DNA from: Marsupella aquatica
Lineage: Eukaryota > Plantae > Marchantiophyta
NCBI GenBank assembly: GCA_973895155.1
Contig: OZ316892.1
Coordinates: 14,438,861 to 14,502,860 of the forward strand
Length of the DNA stretch: 64,000 bases
Direction: 5' to 3'
Shown here: positions 26,503-37,801 of the stretch, in pieces
Layout of the letters: every line of letters starts with the position of its first letter
Position numbering within the stretch: position 1 is the stretch's first letter
Notes under the pieces: model-generated
What the model saw: the letters and a program-made list of their open reading frames with translations, nothing else
What the model was told of the DNA's origin: nothing
Databases searched by the model: none
Translations under genes and position numbers: made by a program

Positions 26503-27489
26503 GAACTTCGCAAATGCCTTATTCACAGAGCAGCACTGTGAATAAGGAGAGGCCAAAATTTGAGGAACCTGCTATTTGATGCTTCAATAGGGGGTTTCAA
26601 TTGTTGGGACATCAGGGTGGCTTTACAAGGCGTTGGGGGTAGTTTTCACATTTTTTTCGTCTCCAAGATCTGATCAGAGCCATTCATTTGGGAGAAACTG
26701 TTCACTTGACAAAAGGTTGGGGGCACTTTCAACCGAACCTGTTACCAATCCTACATGGAATGCAGTGGGACCCAATTTTTGCTTATGTGGAGCACTCTTT
26801 TGTCCTAGATTTTAGACCACCTCTCTTGGTGGTTTCTTCTTTTGGCCTCTTGGTCCATTTCTATTTTAAGTCATTTGCATTAAAAAGGGACCCACAAGTC
26901 ATTCATAAGATCTTCTCTTCTCACATTTACAAAGACTTTAGCCAAAGATTAGGTGACATTCAGGTGGAGTGGGTCCTCAATATGTCTTTTAGTCAATTAA
27001 TCTGGCACTAGTGGCTGCACTTGGCTTTACAAGACCTTGGGGGCAATAAAAGGATTCAAAACATGCTTTTAACCCCGGCACACTATATGTAGTGTGTGCA
27101 ATGGCCCTCCAGTTTGCTGTGGTGAAAAAAGCTCCCAAGTGCCCCCGACTTCTTCTAAAGTCCTCCTTAGTTGCAGAGAAGGCAGGGCACAGATCAGCAA
27201 TATTAAAAGGGCCCGTTTGCAGCTTTGGCTCTCAGTTGGCTAAAAAGTGAGACTGTAAACCGCCACAACTGAGGCCAGTCGACCAGGGTCTTGGTCCCTG
27301 GCTGATTTTAGGGGAGCTTATGTGCCAAACCTAACATGGACAACTTTGGGGGAGCTTATGTGTAGAACCTAACACGGACCCCAAGCTGTTGCAGTTCTGA
27401 GCCTTCCTAATGGACAACTGATGTTCATGCTCGCCATGCCCGTCGACTGTCCTCCCATACTGCTCTCTCTCTCTCAACCACCCCAATAT

Positions 27490-29745
27490 GTAATTGCGGG
27501 GTATAACCATTTCTGGAGGTATTTGATATTCCCATAATCTCTTGCCCAGAAAACTCATGACTGATAGCCATTTTTGGCACAACAATTATGTAGTCTATAG
27601 GAGGTCTGGGCAGGGATTCTGGCCTTAAGCCTGCTCCTAGAATGCTCAGAAAAGTTAGCTTTTATTTGCCTTTTGGTGGTTACAAGCTAGTAAACCCAGA
27701 CCATAACACTGGTGTCCAACACTTTACCTTGGTAGGGCACCCTCTGCTCAACTAGATATAAAGTCAGAGTAAGTTTAAAGCTTTTTTAATTTTTTGCTAG
27801 GGTGGCAATTGTCATTTCCACTGAAGGCGTAGAGTAGGTGACTGTTGAGAAAGAAAGCTTGTCCCATTCAAGGAAAATATCTAAGATAATGTCTCTGAGA
27901 GGCGTAAAAGTGTTTTTTCTTTGCGTAGATATGAACAGGAATATTTCTAATCGCTCAGCTTGAGCAAAGTGACTTTCAAGAAAGTTGATTTCTCTTAATA
28001 AAATTTTCTTGATAGGAAAAGTATCAATTGTCTGTTGTTGCTCCGGAGACATGAAAGGACGCTTTCTGTATTGAGTCAACTTTGAGCAAAGTGATTTGTT
28101 CTTAAATCATTTGAGGTTTCAGGAGAAATATATTTATGTTACACCCGCCCCCACATCATGCCTTGTTTGCCTCCTCTGCTCCCCATCTTCCACTTCCCAT
28201 CCCTACTCACACAACTCCGCCAACTTCAGTCTCCATCAAAATTTGTAAATACCAGATTTGTGAGCAACTAACTTTCCATGTTTCTTTCCCCTAAGCAAGC
28301 ATAGCAGTGACAACAAAGACATGAGTTGTAGCATCTTGGATTAAATAACTTAAGAACATAACTGTACTAAAATGATGGACGTAAATCTCTTTCATTGTCT
28401 TGTATTCTCTAATACTCTTTGACAGAAAATGATTTGTTGTTAAAATTTATTAATCAGGGTTTGAAACCCTTGGTGATCATGTCAACCATGGTTATGGTTC
28501 AATCTACGATAGTGATCACATTTTCTAAAATTGATCTTAGAGGTTGATTCTTCCTACTTAGTGTCAGGCTTAGTGCTCAACTTATGCTTACGTGTAGTAG
28601 TCATAATTATGTGGAAATATTTTGTACCTAATGCGCTATTAATTGTCCAAGGGGAAGAATTGAAGGTTAACCAAGGTTTAAAATATGGCAAAACATTACC
28701 CCTTAACTTTGTTTATCTAGTGTGAACAAGTGCAAATTTCAATAATGCTGGGACTACTAAAAAGAGGGGAAAATTAAAGTCAGTGTTCACATGTAGTTCT
28801 AGGAAGGGGTTTGATTAGAATGTCAGAAGGTTTCATCTTAATTAGGATTAATTAGAAAATTACTGTATGTTCCTCTCTACGATGTTCCTCTTATCTAAGC
28901 CTGATTTGACATATTCCAATGTTTGTTCCCAATATTCGCCACAAAGAATTACATTGGAGGTCAAGACCCCCCCCCCCCCCCAAAGACCCGCTTATTATAA
29001 AGGCTTTTCAGTTTGTTGTTGACTAGAGCTTTAGCTATTTTGCTTTTGTTTGGAAACTCTTGGGCTCTTTGGCTCTCTCCTTGTATGACACTTTTTGCTC
29101 TCTGATGTTATATAAGATCAATGTTCTATCTATTTAAGATGAAACCCGTATGTTGCACTATAAGTTATGATCTGTTGCAAGTTGGGTCACCATACAACAC
29201 ACCTAGCCAGAACTTCTACAATAAAAAGGGACACCCTTTGTCTAGTGTACACATTGGAGGGGGTATTTTTGTAAATTTCAATCTTAAGGAGTATTTTGGC
29301 CATTTTGGTAATTATAAGGATAAAATTTTGAATTTCTAATTTAAATTTTGAGATCGTAATTAAAATGGGGTAATTGCTGTACAGAATATAGGTTACTTGT
29401 GTGTAACCATTTCTGGAGGTGCTTGTTGAATGTCCTCATATTCTTGCCCTGAAACTTATGACCAGTAACCTTTTCTGGACAGTAAGTACATAATAAGATA
29501 AAGGGAGTCTGGGCAGGGATTCTACCCTGGACCCTGGTGCTGTCCCCATAATCTCTCGCCCTGAAACTCATGGCCAGTAACCTTTTGGGAACAGTAAGTA
29601 CCTATGATAAAGGGGGTCTGGGTATGGATTCTAGCCTGAACCCTATCCGTAATGCTCACAAAATTTTCCAAGATGTTAAGCTTTTATTCACTTTCTGGTC
29701 ACAGGGTTGCTGGCTAGTAACCCGGCCAAACCACGGTTATCCAGA
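27490..29745. repeat. Dispersed repeat family: copies at ~27490-27720 and ~29400-29745 (the second has an internal ~110-bp tandem duplication)
   Basis: Shared TAACCATTTCTGGAGGT, CCCATAATCTCT.GCCC.GAAA, GTCTGGGCAGGGATTCT, AATGCTCA and GCTTTTATT in the same order. Confidence 0.75.
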
Positions 29746-30659
29746 TAAAATTAAGGTGTCTCAGTGAGTTGCACAAACTTGGGAACCTGATCCCATCAAT
29801 TGCCAATGAGAGATATGCTTAGTAGACCCTCTTCTGGAAGAAGTTTAGTTTGCTTAAAATCAACCCCCTCCATACTTTTCCCCAACCTGGACCATTGATG
29901 GACCTTTCTATCTTAGAACTGGACGGTTGATAGACCTCAGGGGGTCCATCAAATAACAAGTTTCATTTTTGGGATCGAACAAACAAACTGGTTGCCAAAT
30001 GGAGTAAAATGAATGTGGCGCAACGCCAAGAACTGGTGCTTTAGGACTCCCTTATTACGCAATGACCATTGTCATGATGACCAGTTTCCGGATAGAAGAC
30101 ATGGACTGAGGGGGTGGTGGTTCTCGAGAGCCTTGTCCGACTGTGAGTAGGCAACTGCGCACTCCAGGGAATGCACTAAATAACGCAGCCCGAGCATTAC
30201 GTCGCCAAATCTAACGTAGTTCTTGAGCGTAAGCAGGTACAGTACTGTAGGAGATGATTGGTAAATGTCGTGCAGATGATTGATAAATATCGTGCAGATG
30301 ATTGATCAATATCGTGCATCTTCTCGAAACCCTCATTGCGAGAGTGCCTGCAAGCCTGTCGTGTTAGCGGCGTGATCCCGTGGCAGGGCATGGCGTGCAA
30401 AGGCACGGTCAAAGCAGTGCTATATTATTGGAGTTTCTGATGTCTGCATTATAGCCATGCATAATAGCCAACTCACTACACTACAGGTTTTTGATGTCTG
30501 CAGAGCCAACTCAGCGAAGGACACTCTAACGTCGCGATGGAAGCTGTTGCCTCATTAATAAACCAAGAATTTGACTACTGCGCAGGACAGTGATGCGTCA
30601 GACAACATGATGACTTCTTGATGCCTGGCTACCTTGATGGCTTGACCCCTTCCCTTTCC

Positions 30660-30965
30660 AATTCGGTACAGCATCAATGACACAGATCAATCAACTCCCT
30701 TTGTGAATTCGGTACAGCGTCAATGATACAGATCAATCAACTCCCTTTGTGAATTCGGTACAGCATCAATGACACAGATCAATCAACTCCCTTTGTGAAT
30801 TCGGGTACAGCATCAATGACACAGATCAATCAACTCCCTTGTGGATTGCGAAATGATACACTATGTGAGAGGCAGATCAATCAACTCCCTTTGTGGATGT
30901 GAAATGATACACTATGTGAGAGCCAGATCAATCAACTTTACTCCCTTTGTGGATGCGAAATGATA
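30660..30965. repeat. Compound minisatellite: four 46-bp units followed by about 2.5 units of 52-56 bp sharing a 23-bp core
   Basis: Core CAGATCAATCAACTCCCTTTGTG alternates with AATTCGGTACAGCATCAATGACA (x4) and then with GATG(T/C)GAAATGATACACTATGTGAGAG (x2+). Confidence 0.93.
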
Positions 30966-32250
30966 GACAGTGAAAGTCAGTGCTGGAAATAGTGCCGGCG
31001 GCGGCGTTCGCCTAGCAGTAGAACTACAGTAGGAGCTGGATTTAGAGAACTTCTAAACAAGACGAACGCAGACAAAATGCGCAACAGAACTGACATATCA
31101 AAATACGTAGTGAAAATCAACCTCGTGGACTCGATCCACACCGACTGTTCGCACGCGGGCTCGCACGATGCTTAACGGGGCAGCTATGAATATTTGAAGG
31201 CCGACTCACTTTGAAGTGACCATCCGGTAAAAGAGTGGTGTATCGGATATGTACAAATATGTACTGTACAATCTGTTCAGCGCCTGGAAAGATTCTTATC
31301 TAATCTGATTTCGACCTCTCTAAAGTGATGGTAAGAGATTGACTCCTCTACTTGTTCACACGCGATAAACGCCTGAGTGTTTGGTCGAAAAGGATAGTTA
31401 GATAGGTATGGAGCTCAAGATATGTTCGTCGAAGGTATCATATGTTGCGGGAGATAGAATTGTCTCCCGTCCCTGTATCTCTTTTTAGTGTAAAGAATAA
31501 ACTCGGATCAATATTGAATCATTTATCTACATGTACAAACCGTAGTCGAGCTGGGAAATTGGTGGAGATCATCATAAGATTTGGTCGAAATATGCCATCG
31601 ACTGTCTCGATCATCAGAGTGTTATCAAACCTTAGGATGATCTGCGCCCCCATCGGACTTCTAAATCAGAAAGAAAATTTTCAGGAAGTTTGGGAGAAAG
31701 CGAGTCAAGCTGATAAATAAATTGCTTTCTTCGCCCCGTCGTCAATGGTCTGGTGACCTGCGTCTCGAGCGTAGTCGATCCCCATGTTGAGACAGATCTA
31801 AGCCAGGAACGAAATTGCTGTCCTCTTGTCCATGTGCAAGGACATGCACTTATGTCTGGACGGAAGATCAGATCCACGGCAACGAAAGAGAAGTCCTGCA
31901 TGGCCCCGGTCGACATCCTCTGCTATCATTTTGGGATGGAAATTCTCCATGCCGAAATTTGCTTGCCAAAATCGTTCGCGTTCCACTCGTTGAGAGGATG
32001 CATGCAAAAAGGGGCCGGAATCAAACTGCTCCGACACAAAATTGTGAGTTCCTGTTGCATATTCATATGTCGTAAGAAGTTCCCGCAAGCTGGCAATGAC
32101 GGAAGACTAACGCCAGTGCGTTAAGCTGATCGCAGTCGGCTCCTGCCCACCTGGATGATTCATACTAAAGTCGTCTCATAGCAGACATCGAAGTAGGGAC
32201 TCCAGCGATGTTATGGAAGTTACTGCAAGAATGAAAGTGGAAGACACAGA

Positions 32251-34201
32251 CTACACTGAAGAGAAATGAAATGACTCTCCGCGTAATTGATTTTCCTGCA
32301 TCTCTTCAAAAATGGATTCGTGTTGGGCAATTGCATCTTGAGCATCCCGAATGACTTTCTTCTCAGCCAAGAGATTGAAGATTTGCCAAGAAGCATCACC
32401 CTCAACTTGAGGCTGCGTATAGAGAAGCGCACGGCGATTTTCTTCTTTCCAAAGGTTCTCCTGAATGGCGGTAAGATTGGTGGCGGCGACGTGACGAAGA
32501 ATCTGATCGAGCTTATCCACGTCTCTCTCCCTGACCGATATGGAGATGCTAGGCCAATCGATCACGTGAGAGTACGGCAAGGCGATGTTGTCGGCAATGA
32601 TCACAGGCACGCAGCCGTACACAACGGATTCCACTATCCTGGGACTCCAAGGAGCCCAGCCCAATGGCGCAAGACAAAATTTCGAATGAAGCATTTCTGA
32701 TTGGTAGCCCTGAAGTCTCTTACGCTTCACGAAAAAGCGCAAGTTCTTTTTAAATTTTTGCCACATGACAGTCCGGACACCTTTGCTGTAGAACTGGCCG
32801 CTAACGTTCTTGGGATGGAGTTCCAACTTTCCTCGAAAATGAGCGAAGATGCTTCGTTCTTGCTGCTCCACGGGAGCCCAGTGTTTCTGCACCGACTGGA
32901 GTGAAATGTAAGGAGGGATTACAATGCTTTCCACCTGTTGGCAAGGATGACGCCCATCCTTTTGGCCGAACGTTTGCAGTATGATAGATTTCTGCAAGAA
33001 TTCAGGTATGCCCCTTTCTTTGGCGAGCACATCCATCGACTGGAAACATGCCCCGTAGTCATGGGTTGCCACAAAGATGTGGTCACTTCCTCCGCTTTTA
33101 GTCCAGTAAGTCATCTGCCGAGAAATTAAGTCCACTGCGGCGCGGATCATGGTTGTAGCATTCGTCAGCGAGGGAAAACCGTTCTTTGGGCTGAAGTTGC
33201 AAGACACGTAAACCGGCACGAAGAAGAAATCTGCGCTAGCAGGATCCATTGTTCTTAAGGGACTTTCAAGAAGAATTTGATGGAGAGCAACCTCGGCTGC
33301 GAATAGGTGGCTGGAGCAGCGAGTATCGTTTAGCCAATCACTGTTGTACTCGGTGGGGAGCTCGTAGACATATATTCTGAGTCCAGAGACCAGGCCCAGC
33401 GGTATTGACTCGTCTGCAGGAACAGAAGTTAAGCATCTTGTTAGAACTTGGAGAGCTTCCGCAGCTACAGACATAACACGTGAGGACCTTGAAAAAAGCC
33501 AATCGAAGATGTTTAATATTTTCTTTGCAACGGAAATAAGTGGCACCTAAAGAACGTAGATCATATGAACTCATTCACGTTACTATCTGCTCGCAGTCTC
33601 GCAAGTTGAAACTAACTACGTGTTAAGAATTCCTGGAAAGGTAGACGAAAGGCACACTGTCAAATGGATTGAAAATCGGGACTCAATTGTCAACTACTCA
33701 AAAGTAGTACTTCGTAATCTTGTAGGAAAAAGAGGAGAGAGCTGCAGCCAAAGCGTGGAATCGGACGTTACCAGATTGAATCAGCTCATCGTTGGTAATT
33801 CCCGCTCCGCTTTCTTTTCGGACGTGCTTCAATTCCATCGTGGGTCTGTGCTCGGACTCTACTATATCATTCTGAAGGGCAAGAGTCGTCTGCAGGGCTC
33901 CAGTTAAAATTCTTCGATTTAGTGCAGCGGATTTTTCCTCATCCGCGTTCGCAAGATCTTGGGGATCCCATCTAGACAGTGGTTGCCCAGCTGGGCCAGT
34001 CAAAATTGAAGGTTCGTAACGATAGGAAATAGTTGTGACGACAGCGGAGAAGAATAAGATGAACCCACAACACATAAACACTGAATTGTGGGATCTTTGC
34101 CATCTTCCAAATCTAATATCTGCCGTCGTTAAAGAACAAGTTCGCTCTCGCCTGGCGGCTCCCCTACAAAGTACGAAGCCCCTTCTCATTTCCCAATTCA
34201 T
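32251..34201 (-). CDS. IRX7: GT47 (exostosin) glycosyltransferase, IRX7/FRA8-like, 2 exons, ~530 aa
   Basis: Exons 34201-33772 and 33413-32251 (phase-1 GT-AG intron). N-terminal signal anchor VFMCCGFILFFSAVVTTI. Catalytic region LRIYVYELP..RCSSHLFAAEVALH..DFFFVPVYVSCNFS..NGFP, DHIFVATHDYGACF, FCLAPLGWAPWSPRIVESV. Confidence 0.93.
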
Positions 34202-37200
34202 TGTTGATCCGATTCTCTGTGCCGGAGGAATCTCGAAATCTGTCGCCGCAGGCAGATAATCTGCTGCAACCGCAGGCCCAAATTTATAAAACCGTAACCA
34301 AAAGCACGAAATATCACTGGAGAGACCGCTGGGGCCTCCAATCCAACATTGAGCTTGACACCACGTCGCGTCGTGGTCGTTGCTCGTTTCCTAGAGATAC
34401 CCAAATCCACGCTACACAGAACTTCTGTACATGCATCTCACGTTCACTCTCTGGTCGCTTCTCCGGAAAATGGAGTAGCGTTTGCTGATTCTCCGACGAA
34501 AGACGATAACAGCAGGCGATCACTTCGAATGCAAGAAAGATTCAACACGAGGAAGATAATTACACTGAAAAACTTGCAAACACCGGAAACAATCGTAACT
34601 CTAGCTGCAATTTGCCTGTTTAGGAACGTAAGGACGAAGACATCAGAAAGGGCGAAGGGAATTGACGAATAGTGGTTTGCTCTCGACTTCCCTCCAGTCT
34701 ACGGTGGGATCACTATGCGCGTACAACAAAGCGTACATTGACGTGCCCCCAAAGACTAGAAGCCTCGACGTACAGCCAGTAACCAGCGTGTAACCAGCTA
34801 GCAATGGCACTAGAAACGAATATGATGCCAGGCGAAGTGCATCTACCCCATCGGCCTTGCCCCAGCCGTTTAGTTTTTCCTTTCTCCCATCCTTTCCAGC
34901 CTGGGACAGACTAGACTTCGCTCGCCCGTCAGGATTTGGTCACACTCGGGACCTGTTGACGTCAGGAAGAAGCGCCCTACAGGAAACTCTACAAGACGCG
35001 GATGACAACAACGGCCAGATAGGCGCCCCGATTGCAGTGTAGTGGATGACAACAACGGCCAGATGGCGAGTGGAGAAGTGCACGGAGGACTCATTCTTGA
35101 CGGTGCTGCTGCCCGCCTCCCTTGTGAGAGCTCACCGTAGCCGCGTTGGCCATCCGAAACTCGGAAAGCCTCGAACTCCCGTGCCCGGGGCAAAGAACGA
35201 GTCCTCGTCAACAGGAAAACTCACCCACACTACCACAGGTCTTCTTGGCTCCGTCGTCTCGAACTCGGACGCATTCGGTCGTACCCAACGTGGTTGGGGT
35301 AGGCAAGGCCTGGTTGGGGGTAGGCATGTCGTTGTTGGGGTGGGCACGGAAAGGCGCCTTTGCCATCGTACTACGGCATAGCTGCCAGCAGTAAGTTAGG
35401 AACTTACTTTTCCGCATGGGTCAGCCGGTCAGGGGATGCGTTCCGTTCCGTTAGCGATCGCATTCACGAGCCCGAAGAGCGGGAGAGGTCTTTCGAGCGC
35501 GCACCTTCTCGTGACTAGGATGGCAAGGCAAGCGAGATGCGCTGGCGATTGTATTTTTTTGAATTCTACTACTACTGGAGTCACGAATTTTTTGTGGTCA
35601 GCCCACGCGAGCCCCAACCTCGTCCACACTAGACCTGGCCCCCCTTCTGCCCAGGGAATCCCGTTCTTCCCCCAAGAGAAAAAGAGTGGTACCTTCCACG
35701 ACGAATCTTGCCCTGTTACTCCGTGTGTGATTCGTTTTGTGTTCTTGTCGGCTCTAAGCTCTAAGAGGGCTAAAGTTAGGGACAGACAAAGTTAGCTAAT
35801 TGACGACGCCCTATTAGAGCCGACCTTAACTTTAGCTAATGGATCTTAACTCAGGAGCTAAAGTTAGGGACAGACAAAGTTTAGATTATCATATTCATCG
35901 ACTAAATTTTTTTGCCATAAAAGATAGATCCTATGTCATGACCATAGTCATCATCTCTAACTTTGAAGCTTTGAGGCTCCCCTGTAACTTCAAAGCGTTG
36001 AGACTCCCTAGTAAGGAAAAGAGCAGACCTTGTGCCCATATGACCAAGATCTGGGTACTCGATGAACAGGATAGTCTTCAGGGTTTCTCGTTCCTTTACA
36101 GCCTGAGCTGAGAATGCGGAGGAATCAAGCATTTGCTGGGGATGAAGTATCTGGACATGTGGTGCTGAGGAAGGTGGGGCTGCTCAATTTAAACTTGTTG
36201 ATTTGTGGTCTTCGTTTTTGAGATGCTGGTCGGTACTAGGTGATTAATGCATTAATTTATCCATACAGTGCACAGTCATGTGCAATGGGCCATCAGGCCA
36301 TGGGCTCCCGTCGCTGAACATTCAAGTGACTCCCCTATACAAGAAGTAGGCGCCAGACATTCTTTTGTCTCCTATATGTAAGATTCAATCCTAGCCATTC
36401 AATTTCTGGAACAGGCCACACTTCACTTTACATACCTTGGGGATACAATTTGGCAAAATCGTACATCCCTGCCTAAATGTGGTCCCCTACTAGAAATGAT
36501 GTTCAATACTTAACAAATAAATTGCCACGTACACACTAAATAGCTAACACCACAGAGGGTGTGACAAATGTAGAGCAAGAGACCAAGAGATTAATAAAGC
36601 TCAAGATAAGATGTGAACAAAGTAATCCACAAACTAGCTACACTACAGAAGATGTTTGTGTAAGAGAAAAGATATTGTTAGGCAAAAGATGTTGAATGCG
36701 TAACAGATGACATGACAATAAAGATGTTGTTGAGAAAAATATCGTGGTGCACAAGATTTTGTTTGCTGAAAATATCTGAGTGGGCAACAAATGTAGTTGA
36801 GTAAAAAATGAGGCTTATTGTTTTGGTTTTCTCATTTTTTCATTTTTCTGACACTGAAAATGGCCGGACAAATGAATGGACTGCCACTGCAAAAACAGAA
36901 GGAACATTCTATCATAGTTTTGATTTTTAACCAAGAACAAGAAAGGGGACACAAGCCCCAAAACACACCACCCCGGGCATGAAAGCCCACCCAGGGGGAA
37001 ACATACCGGGTAACACCAAAACGGCAGGCCCAGCCAACCCTAGGGACACCACATTAATTGATCAGGCCATAAAATTCTAAACAAACACCAGATGATGGCC
37101 CAGCCACGAGTTCTGCAGTTGTTAACATGAGGGAGGTTTAAGGTTGGTACAAAACGGGGATGTTAAAAAGCAGCGTTAAATTCACTCATCTATTGAAAGC

Positions 37201-37658
37201 TTGGCTTATGCGCTTTAGAAAAACTGGTATCTTATGCATGCCAGCACTTAGAACGATTAGTTGCTTCTGCTCGCCAGCACTAATAAAATCCAGACAAATT
37301 CAGTTGCTTCTGCTTGCCAGCAGTGAGAAAAGTCCAGAAGTGAATTACTTTCTGTCACGAGTTCGTGCACAGTCCCACAACTGTTGCCATGTGTTCTGCA
37401 AGCTTTCCAGCATGGTTGGTATCACAATAAAGCCCGTGAAGAGGCCAGCGTTGCCATCCACAGCCTTTATTCGTACCTGTTCGCTGCTCGATATCCTCTG
37501 ATGAAGACGGAAGCAGCTCAAGGTCTCACGACCCACAACTGTCGTCTGCGAAAGGTGATGTCACGAATTGAACTCCTTGTGTGTAATCCATCAAACCTTT
37601 TCCATGTGCACTCAGCTTTATTGGGTGTCATTCCTCTGTCCAGAGTGGCATTGCAAAC

Positions 37659-37801
37659 GAACTGTTGCCGCGAGATCCCCTGACCGCTTGCAACTGTCGT
37701 CTGCGAAGAACTACTGCCGTGAGATCCCCTGACCCGTTGCAAGTTTCGTCTGCAAAGAACTATTGCAGTGAGATCCCTGACCCCCTTGCAACTTTCGTCT
37801 G
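37659..37801. repeat. ~49-bp tandem repeat, 3 copies
   Basis: GAACT(G/A).TGC.G(C/T)GAGATCCC(C)TGACC..TTGCAA.T.TCGTCTG at 37659, 37708 and 37757. Confidence 0.85.

Noticed and set aside
30660-30965. CRISPR-like repeat-spacer array
   Set aside because: The spacers are themselves repeated (only two types), there are no cas genes and the context is eukaryotic, so this is a minisatellite.
33414-33546. N-terminus of the 431-aa GT47 ORF as listed in the ORF track
   Set aside because: It lies in the intron; the real N-terminus with the signal anchor is exon 34201-33772.
36920-37160. Possible 3' fragment of an L1-type LINE on the minus strand
   Set aside because: Composition is suggestive, but there is no ORF remnant, clear A-tail or TSD.
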